In this document: one piece after another, positions 38,443 through 46,212 of the stretch | How the letters are laid out: every line of letters begins with the position of its first letter | Numbering within the stretch: position 1 is the stretch's first letter | Assembly: GCA_963814585.1 (NCBI GenBank) | Contig: CAWFDF010000008.1 | Span: 64,001-128,000 of the forward strand | DNA length: 64,000 nt | Direction of reading: 5' to 3' | From: an uncultured delta proteobacterium | GTDB taxonomy: Bacteria; Myxococcota; Myxococcia; Myxococcales; Anaeromyxobacteraceae | Notes under the pieces: generated by a model | Seen by the model: only the letters and a program-made list of their open reading frames with translations | Database searches by the model: none | What the model was told of the DNA's origin: nothing | Position numbers and translations under genes: made by a program

Positions 38443-38754
38443 CTACTCGGACCCCGGGGTCCGGTCGTCTCTGGCCGGCACAGCCTGGGCCTTCCTGGCT
38501 CGGCTCAGCCATGGCTCGGCAAGGCGCAGCGCGAGGAACTCAGCGCCGAGCACCACGAAAAGAAGCGAGACGAGATACGGCAGATAGCCGACCGCGAAGT
38601 TGACGACCTGGAAGCCAGGCGCCCGAGCGTATTCGTCGATTGACGTTGCAGTTGCAGCGAAGCGAGACAACGCCCAGAGGACGAGAGCGCACAGACCGAG
38701 CCAGGCCACGCCCGCGATGAGGAATACCGCACGCCTCACCTGAATCACGGACAT
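38443..38754 (-). CDS. Small two-TM membrane protein
   Basis: MSVIQVRRAVFLIAGVAWLGLCAL...; two hydrophobic helices; visibly lower GC; GAGG RBS. Confidence 0.6.
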   Translation of the reverse strand: MSVIQVRRAVFLIAGVAWLGLCALVLWALSRFAATATSIDEYARAPGFQVVNFAVGYLPYLVSLLFVVLGAEFLALRLAEPWLSRARKAQAVPARDDRTPGSE

Positions 38755-38773
38755 CGCCCTCACCCTCGCGGGC

Positions 38774-40805
38774 CTACCGCTCCGCGAAGACGTACTCGTG
38801 CTGGGCGTCGCGGGTGATGAGCGTGCGCTTGCCCCCCGCGCCACCGACCACCAGCTCGACCCCGCTCATGCCCGGCACGGTGGTGATGAAGGAGACGGTG
38901 CCGTCCGGGTTCTTGCGGCTGGCCACCTCGCTGCGCCACTCGCCGAAGTCGAAGCTGGTGACGCCGCCCACCTGGCTCACGGCGATCTCACCGAGCGCGT
39001 CGTTGGCGTAGCGCCCGGCCAGCCTGCCGGCCTCGGCCGGGTCGGCCGGCACGGTGAGCAGCTTCCGCTCGGCGGCCAGCTGCTGGAAGAAGGTCCTGGC
39101 CTGCGCCGCCAGGTCGGCGTCGGCCTCCGGCTTGCCGTCGAAGAGCACCTCCAGCAGCTTGCGCCGGTAGAGCGTGCGCAGGATCCAGCCCGGGTCGGCG
39201 TTGGTCAGGATCACCGCCCCGACGCCCTGCTCCGGCAGCCAGATCATGTCGCTGTGGTAGCCGATCATGTCGCCCCCGTGGTGGACCACCGGGATGCCGT
39301 ACTTGGTGTCGACCATGAGTCCCATGCCGTAGCTGTCGTCCTTGCCGATGGAGACCTGCGGCGTGCGCCGCTCCAGCAGCGGCGCCTTGGCGATGTAGCG
39401 CCTCCCGCCCGGCAGCACCCCCTCGGCCAGCTCGATCGAGACGTAGCGCAGCATGTCCCGGACGCTGCTCCAGGCGGCGCCGGCCGGCCGCAGCGGGATG
39501 ATCGCAGTAGTTGACCGCCATGAGCGCCTTGGCCGGTCGCCCATCGATGTCGGGGGCGTGGGCGGTGGCGTGGTTCCCCTTCAAGGCCCGGGCGTAGTCG
39601 AAGGTGGTGGCCTTCATGCCGAGCGGCTCGAAGACACGGGTCCGCATCGCCGCGTCGTAGGCGGCCCCGAGCTCAAGCTTCGGGTAGAGCGCGCGGCCGC
39701 CGGTGAAGCCGCCGGCGCCGGCCATGCGGGTTGGAGTACTGGAACATCTCGCCGAACTTGCTGGTCGGCTGCATGGTCCCGAGCGTGGCCATCGCCTCTG
39801 CGGGCGTCACGCCCTGGTACTCGAACAGCCACTCGAGGTCCTGGCGCGGCAGGCCGGTGCAGGCGCAGATCAGGTGCTTCACCAGCACCTGACGCGTCGT
39901 CTCCGGCGTCGCCCAGCTTGAAGGTCGGCAGCAGGCTGGTGACCGGCGTCTCCCAGGTCGAGCTTCTTCTCGTCGACCAGCTTGGCCAGCATCAGCGTGG
40001 TCAGCGCCTTGGTGTTGGAGGCGATCATGAAGAGCGTGTCGGCGTCCGGCCTCTGCGGCTTGCCCGAGCTCGCGCACGCCGAAGCCGCCTGCGAAGACCG
40101 ATCTCGCCGTCCTGCACGAGGCCGACCGCCACGCCCGGCACGCCCAGTTCCTTCATGGCCGTCTCGACCCAGGCGTGCGAGCCGCGCCAGCCGCTCGGCG
40201 TCGAGCCGGTGGGCCTTCTTGCCGGCGAACGACTCTCGGGCGTAGCCCTTGGGGAGGAGCCGGCCGAAGACCAGCGAGACGGCCGCGCTCCGCTTCTCGC
40301 CGACCGCCTGGGCCATGTCGTAGATGATCACGGTCCAGACCTCGCCGGCGCGCCGGGAGTAGGCGGCGACGTCGCGCTTCTCGTTGGGGGAGGTCTGGTA
40401 GTCGTAGGCGCGTCGGTTGGTCCAGCCGTCCTTGTCGGGGGCGTCGGTGGTCACCTTGAGCGGCCAGCGGGCCTCGGGCTTGTAGGCGGCCCAGGCGGCG
40501 GCCACCGCGGCGTCGGCGTCTGGCGCCTTCACGTCGACGAAGGCGAGGTAGGAGCCCCCCTCCGGCGCCTCGAGGATGGTGGCCGGGCCGCGCACGGCGA
40601 TCGACCAGCCGGCCGGGGCGATGAAGGTGGCCCCCTCGACCGTGCTCCGCGGCGTGTCGGCGGCCAGCAGCTCGGGCGGCGGCGGCGCTGGGGGTGGCGC
40701 CACCGCGGGCGGCGCGGTGGCCGCGGGCGGCTCCGGAAGGACGGAGGGCGCCGGGGTGGAGCAGGCGCAGAGTGCAGCGACACATCCAGTGAGAAATGCG
40801 CGCAT
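38774..40805 (-). CDS. Serine hydrolase, beta-lactamase/class C-like lipoprotein (several apparent frameshifts 39500-40180)
   Basis: ALCA-C lipobox; FMIASNTK (SxxK), FQYSN (YxN), VFEPLGM, HHGG. Confidence 0.88.
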
Positions 40806-40862
40806 GGGGGGAACCGTAGCGAGGCGGACGAAAGGTGTAAAGTCCTGGCGCCGCGAGCCCCA

Positions 40863-41505
40863 TCACGCAGCGTGAATACCACCCGCCCGCGCCGGCCTGG
40901 CCTGGCCATCGGCCCGCCGCGCCAGGATCCGCCCCTGCTCGGTGCGCAGGTCGAGCCGCACCAGCGCCGGCGGGCGCAGCGAGGCGCCGGGGGACGAGAG
41001 CCAGAGCCCCACGGCCCCGCCCTGCTCCGCCGCCGTGGTGAGCCGCCGGAGCGCCACGTCGGCGCCGCGGAACGGCCGGCCGCGCGGCACGTCGATGGCC
41101 ACCAGCGCGAAGGCCCCGGAGCCGAGCAGCGCCTCGCACGCCCAGAGCGCCAGCCGGAGGCCTTCCTCGCCGCCGGGCGGCCGGACGATGAGGAGCCGAC
41201 CGAGGTCGACGCCGAGCGCCACCGCCGCCGGAGGGTAGAGCTCGTCGCGCCCGTCGACGAAGGCGGCCAGCGCGCCTCCCGGGAGGCGGGCGATGGTCGA
41301 GAGCGCCACCGCGGTCTTGCCGCTCGAGGCCCCGCCGCGCAGCTCGGAGAGGGCGCCGCAGGGGAAGCCGCCCGGCAGGAGCGCGTCGATGGCCTCGAGC
41401 CCGCTCGCCAGCTGCCCGTCGCGCCGCGCCGGGCGGCGCTCGATGCGCTTGATCTCGTCGCGGAGGCGCGCGAGCAGGGCTGGGGTGGGATTCTGCTTTC
41501 GGCAT
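40863..41505 (-). CDS. imuA: ImuA RecA/SulA-like protein (ATG at 41505 is one base out of frame; likely extra A near 41498)
   Basis: LLARLRDEIKRIE...SGLEAIDALLPGGFPCGALSELRGGASSGKT...FVDGRDELYPPAAVALGVDLGRLLIVRP...WACEALLGSGAFALVAID...LRRLTTAAE. Confidence 0.88.
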
Positions 41506-41566
41506 GGACCGGCTCCGACCAGGCGACGTTACTGCTCACCCGTTCAGTTATCAAGCCGATCCGACA
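41501..41566 (-). promoter_or_regulatory. SOS promoter copy B (imuA) with LexA box at 41532-41547
   Basis: TTGATA-N17-TAACGT; box CTGCTCACCCGTTCAG; 55/66 identical, ungapped, to 37443-37508. Confidence 0.85.
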
Positions 41567-41719
41567 TCTGCTTCGAGTACGCCCGCCACGGCTCCAGGGA
41601 CACCGACCGCTGCTCGATGTGATCGTGCGCCCCCACGAGAGACGGGGGCGATGGCCGCTCTCGAGGCCTCCGCCCGCGCGCCGTCCCTGCGCCCGCGACC
41701 CTGGCGGCGCGGGGTCCGC

Positions 41720-42130
41720 TCAGGCCTGCTGCGCCTGCTTCCCCTCCTGCGCGGCGATCTCGGCGCGAACCTTGTCCATGTCGAGCGCCCGCACCTGCCG
41801 GATGAGGTCCGTGAGCGCCGCCTCCGGCAGCGCCCCCGGCTGCGAGAAGAGCAGCACCTGGTCGCGCAGGATCATCAGCGTGGGGATGGAGCGGATCTGG
41901 AACGACCCCGCCAGCTCCTGCTGGGCCTCGGTGTCGATCTTGCCGAAGGTGATGTCCGGGTTGGCCGCCGCCGCCTTCTCGAAGGTGGGCGCGAACATCC
42001 GGCACGGGCCGCACCAGCCGGCCCAGAAATCGAGCAGGACGATGCCGTCGCGCTCGACGAGCTGCTTGAAGTTCCCGGACGTGACCTCGACGGTCTTCCC
42101 GCCCGCCACCGCGCTCGCTGCCCCGCTCAT
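41720..42130 (-). CDS. trxA: Thioredoxin
   Basis: DFWAGWCGPCR, IRSIPTL. Confidence 0.93.
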   Translation of the reverse strand: MSGAASAVAGGKTVEVTSGNFKQLVERDGIVLLDFWAGWCGPCRMFAPTFEKAAAANPDITFGKIDTEAQQELAGSFQIRSIPTLMILRDQVLLFSQPGALPEAALTDLIRQVRALDMDKVRAEIAAQEGKQAQQA

Positions 42131-42277
42131 CGCTCCGCTCCCGGCGCCCGCCGTCCATTCGGCACGTGGCGCCCTCACCGGGTTGGACCCCGTGACGCCG
42201 GAAAGGGTTCGCGGCAGGCCCGGGGGGCTTCCCGGCCGGTGCCCGGGCCGGCCGGGGCCCGCGCCCGGCCACCCCGG

Positions 42278-42835
42278 CTACCGCGAGGGCGGGTACTTGT
42301 GCAGCTTGCGCTGCAGCGAGCGCCGGTGGATGCCGAGACGGCGGGCCGCCTCCGAGATGTTGTTCCCGCAGTCGGTGAGCACCCGCTGGATGTGCTCCCA
42401 CTCGGCGCGCGCCAGCGACGGCGTCTCCGCGCCCGACTTGGGCGCCGTGGTGTCCTTGCCCATGAGCGCGGCGAGGATCTCGTCGGCGTCGGCCGGCTTG
42501 GGCAGGTAGCCCACCGCGCCCTCGCGCACCGCCTGCACGGCGGTGGCGATGCTGCCGTAGCCGGTCAGCATGAGCACGCGGGTGGCGGGGTCGAGCTGCC
42601 GCAGCTCGCGCAGCAGCTCCAGCCCCGACATCCCCGGCATCTTGAGGTCGAGCACCGCCATCTCGGGCGACTCGATCGCCACCTCGCGCAGCGCCTCGGC
42701 GGCGTTGCCGGCCGTCTTGACCTCGTAGCCGCGCGCCCGGATGGCCTGCGCCAGCCGCTCCCGCAGGACCTCGTCGTCGTCCACCAGCAGGATGTTGGGG
42801 AGGCTGTCCCGCCCGATGTCGGTACTCTGGGTCAT
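42278..42835 (-). CDS. RegA/PrrA/ActR-family response regulator
   Basis: LLVDDD, LTGYGSIATAV, YLPKPADAD, SLARAEWEHIQRVL...NISEAARRLGIHRRSLQRKL. Confidence 0.93.
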   Translation of the reverse strand: MTQSTDIGRDSLPNILLVDDDEVLRERLAQAIRARGYEVKTAGNAAEALREVAIESPEMAVLDLKMPGMSGLELLRELRQLDPATRVLMLTGYGSIATAVQAVREGAVGYLPKPADADEILAALMGKDTTAPKSGAETPSLARAEWEHIQRVLTDCGNNISEAARRLGIHRRSLQRKLHKYPPSR

Positions 42836-44205
42836 GTGCCGCTCCTCTCGCCGGTCGTGAGCGCCGGCAGCTCGAAACGTGCCTCGGTCCCGTGCTCGGG
42901 ACTCGAGGTGATGTGGAACTCCCCGCCCAGCTGCTCGGCGAGGACCCGGGTCAGGAAGAGGCCCAGCCCCATGCCCTCGCCCGGAACCTTGGTGGTGAAG
43001 AAGGGCTCGCCCACCCGGGCCAGCACCTCCGGTGACATGCCTCGTCCCTGATCGATGACCGTGGCCCGGATCCGCCCGGACTCCGTCGGCTCCAGGCGCA
43101 GCACCACCGTGGCGTCGGCGTCGGAGGCCTGCAGGGCGTTCTTGAGCAGGCTGCGGAGCGCGTCGCTCAGCGCCCGTGGCGGGCCGACCAGCGTGGCGTC
43201 CTCGATCCCCGGCGCCTTCGCCTGCACCACCCGCTCCCGTCCCTGGAGCCCGTCGAGCGCCGCCGCCACCCACTCGGCGACCGTCTGGCCGCGCAGCGGC
43301 TCGCCCACGTGCTCACCGGCGTGGCCCGCCATCCGGTCGAGGATCTCGCGGCAGCGCCCGACCTGGTCCCGGATCAGCTTCAGGTCGCGCGCCACCGCGT
43401 CGCTGACCTGGGCCGTGAGCTCCCGCTGCAGCTCCTTGGCGACCACCGTGATGGTCGAGAGCGGCGTGGAGAGCTCGTGGGCGGCGCCGGCCGCCAGCGT
43501 CGCCAGCGACGCCAGCTTCTCCCGCCGCTCGGCCTTGGCCCGGATCTGCTGCAGCTCCCGCTCGCGATCGGACAGGGCCATGGCCACCCGGCGGACGAAG
43601 TAGACGATGAACACGGCGGCCAGCGCCAGCGCCACCCACGAGGCGCGCACGTGGGCCACCAGGATCTGCTCGGGAGACAGGCCGAGGCGCAGGTGGTGGG
43701 CCGAGCCGGTCACCCACTCGTGGGCGAAGAGCCAGGCGAAGCCGGTCAGCGTCACCCCCATCAGCACCCAGGACCACCGCCCCGGCAGGAGCACCGCCGC
43801 CAGGGCCACGTTGACGAGGTAGAGCGTGGAGAACGGGTTGAAGGCGCCGCCGGTGAGGTCGAGCAGCAGCGTCAGCACGGCCGCGTCGAGCACCATCACC
43901 GTCGCCATCATCGACTCGGTGACGTGCGCGGTGCGGGCCCAGGAGCGCAGGACCAGGTTGCCGATCACCTCGGCGGTGAGCAGCGCCATGATGTGCGGGA
44001 TGGGCAGGTCGAACTCGGTCCAGAGCTCGGCGAGCGCGATGATCAGCGCCTGGCCGAGGATCGCCCACCAGTGGAGCTGCACCAGCCAGGAGAGCTTGAG
44101 CCGGCCTCCATCGGCCAGGCTGTCACCCGCGCCGGTGGCGGACTGGCCGGGAACCACCGACAGTGCGCGTGCCAACGCGGAGCGCATGGGTGTCTGGGAG
44201 CTCAT
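42832..44205 (-). CDS. RegB/PrrB/ActS-family sensor histidine kinase
   Basis: TGGAFNPF, AAHELSTPL, RCREIL, DQGRG, EPFFTTK, GMGLGL. Confidence 0.92.
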   Translation of the reverse strand: MSSQTPMRSALARALSVVPGQSATGAGDSLADGGRLKLSWLVQLHWWAILGQALIIALAELWTEFDLPIPHIMALLTAEVIGNLVLRSWARTAHVTESMMATVMVLDAAVLTLLLDLTGGAFNPFSTLYLVNVALAAVLLPGRWSWVLMGVTLTGFAWLFAHEWVTGSAHHLRLGLSPEQILVAHVRASWVALALAAVFIVYFVRRVAMALSDRERELQQIRAKAERREKLASLATLAAGAAHELSTPLSTITVVAKELQRELTAQVSDAVARDLKLIRDQVGRCREILDRMAGHAGEHVGEPLRGQTVAEWVAAALDGLQGRERVVQAKAPGIEDATLVGPPRALSDALRSLLKNALQASDADATVVLRLEPTESGRIRATVIDQGRGMSPEVLARVGEPFFTTKVPGEGMGLGLFLTRVLAEQLGGEFHITSSPEHGTEARFELPALTTGERSGT

Positions 44206-44345
44206 TTCTCGGGTGGACCGCACCCGAAGGTAGCACAGCGCAACGGCCTCGCCGCGAGCCGCGGCCCCATGCCGCACCCCGCCACCATTCAGCGGCCTTC
44301 CGCGGGCTCCTTGACGCCCGGCCCAGCGGCCTCTAGCGTCGCAAC

Positions 44346-44654
44346 GTGCAGCGCGGACGGCGGAAATCGGTGGCTTCGGCGCTCGCCGAGGTGCTCGGTC
44401 GCCACCGGGAGACCGGCGAGGCGGCCATCGCGGCGGCCTTCGTCGAGGCCTGCGGCCAGCGGCTCTCACGCTCGGCCTCCTTCCGGGGTGTCATGAAGGA
44501 CGGGCGGCTGCTGGTGCTGGTCACCGACCAGGCCTGGGCGGATCAGGTGCAGGCGCTCGCCGACGAGATCTGCGCCCGCGTCAACGCCAGGCTCGGCCGG
44601 CCGGCGGCCCGTGGGCTCGACATCCGGGTGGGCGCCGCCGGGAGCGCTCCCTGA
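44346..44654 (+). CDS. DUF721/DciA-family protein
   Basis: GRLLVLVTDQAWADQV...ICARVNARLG...LDIRVG. Confidence 0.7.
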   Translation: MQRGRRKSVASALAEVLGRHRETGEAAIAAAFVEACGQRLSRSASFRGVMKDGRLLVLVTDQAWADQVQALADEICARVNARLGRPAARGLDIRVGAAGSAP

Positions 44655-45928
44655 GCTCCGGGCGTCGAGGTCGTCACGTCCTCCTGCTGGCCGCGCTGTC
44701 GGGCTGCGCCACCGGCCCGGCCCGGCCGGCCACACCCCCGCCGACCCGGACCGCGCCGGCGGCCTCGGGCGCGCCCTCCCCGTCCCTGGCCGCGCTCCGC
44801 TATGGCGTCGAGCCCAAGGTGGAGCTCGCCCCCGTCGAGCTGCGTGCCATGGATCTGGCCGCACCGCGCCTGCAGCGCCCGGGCGATCCGCCTCCGGCCC
44901 GATCCTCCGTGCTGGTACTCGCCGCCCGCGAGCTGGCCGCCCGCGCCGCCTCCGGAGATCCGGCCCCGCTGGCCCGGGCCCAGGTCCGGACCGCGCTCTG
45001 GAACGCGGCCGCCTCCGATCCGGCGCCGCTGGTCTACTTGATCTCCGGCCCGCCCGGCCGGGTCGCCGAGGCGCTCCCGCCGGTCATCGCCGCGCGCTCG
45101 TTCGCCGGCCACCTCGGCGCCGGGGTGGTCGTCCGGGAGGGCACGGCCTGGCTGGTCCTGCTCGCCTCACCCCGTCGCGCCCTGCTGCGTCCCTTCCCCC
45201 GTGCCGTGGCCGTCGGCGACACCGCCCTCCTCGAGGGTGAACTGGTCACCGGCCTCGCCGAGCCGCGCCTCTTCGTCACCGACCCGGACGGCCGTTCCGG
45301 GGAGCAGCCGATGACCGGAGCGAGGCGCTTCAGGGCCGAGCTCCGCTTCGACCGGCCCGGGCGCTGGCTGGTGGAGGTGATCGGGCGAGGGATGAACGGC
45401 CCGGAGGTGCTGGCGCTGCTCGCCGTCAGCGCCGGGCCGGAGGCTCCGGACGCCGCCGCCCCGGTCGTCGAGCCCGAGCCCGCGGATCCCGCCACCGCCG
45501 AGGCGCTGGTCCTCCAGGCCATGAACGCCACCAGGCAGCGCCACGGCCTGGCGCCGCTCCAGCCCGCTCCCGCCCTGCAGGCGGTGGCCAGGGCGCACAG
45601 CGCCGAGATGCTGCGCCAGGGGCTGCTGGCCCACGTCCTGCCCGGCTCCGGCGACATCGGCGAGCGGCTGCGTCGCGCCCGCATCCCGTTCCGCAAGGCG
45701 CTGGAGAACCTGGCCAAGGGGCAGAGCGCCATCGCGGCCCACGAGGCGACCGAGGAGAGCCCGGCCCACCGCGACAACCTGCTGGCCGCCGGCCCCACCC
45801 TGGCGGGGGTCGGCATCGCTCGCGCCACGCTCCCCGGGGGCGGGCCGGTGGTCTACCTGACGGAGATCATCGTCGAGCCGCCCGCCGACCCCGCCCGCAG
45901 CTCCATCGACGGCGCGGAGGCTCGATGA
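44651..45928 (+). CDS. CAP/SCP-domain lipoprotein (probable CTG start)
   Basis: MNATRQRHGLAPL, ARAHSAEM, ENLAKG, SPAHRDNLL, VGIA; in-frame upstream LLLAALSG-C lipobox. Confidence 0.8.
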   Translation: MSSGRRGRHVLLLAALSGCATGPARPATPPPTRTAPAASGAPSPSLAALRYGVEPKVELAPVELRAMDLAAPRLQRPGDPPPARSSVLVLAARELAARAASGDPAPLARAQVRTALWNAAASDPAPLVYLISGPPGRVAEALPPVIAARSFAGHLGAGVVVREGTAWLVLLASPRRALLRPFPRAVAVGDTALLEGELVTGLAEPRLFVTDPDGRSGEQPMTGARRFRAELRFDRPGRWLVEVIGRGMNGPEVLALLAVSAGPEAPDAAAPVVEPEPADPATAEALVLQAMNATRQRHGLAPLQPAPALQAVARAHSAEMLRQGLLAHVLPGSGDIGERLRRARIPFRKALENLAKGQSAIAAHEATEESPAHRDNLLAAGPTLAGVGIARATLPGGGPVVYLTEIIVEPPADPARSSIDGAEAR

Positions 45929-45948
45929 GCCGCCGAGCCGCCGGGCCT

Positions 45949-46173
45949 CTACGCCATCCGGCGCTGGGTGGCGAAGCTGTCGATGCTGTCGGCCTCCCCC
46001 GGCCCGATCGAGCTCAGGCCGCAGCGGGTGCAGCACCAGCTGTTCCAGCTCTGCCGGATGGCCTCGTCGAGGCAGCTGTCGTAGTGGGTGCAGAACAGGT
46101 TCCGCTGGCCGTCGAGGCCGCGGTCCGGGTTGATCAGGTTGATCAGTTCCGTGGGGCAGGGCTTGGCGAGCAC
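45949..46173 (-). CDS. Small Cys-rich hypothetical protein
   Basis: AGGAGG RBS 5 nt before GTG; CTHYDSC...WCCTRC. Confidence 0.7.
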   Translation of the reverse strand: MLAKPCPTELINLINPDRGLDGQRNLFCTHYDSCLDEAIRQSWNSWCCTRCGLSSIGPGEADSIDSFATQRRMA

Positions 46174-46212
46174 ACTGGCCTCCTGGTGGCCCGAGAAGCC
46201 ACCTCGTCATCG

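Noticed and set aside
37510..38770. Integron cassette array or IS around the TA pair
   Set aside because: No paired RYYYAAC/GTTRRRY attC sites, integrase, transposase or target duplication found
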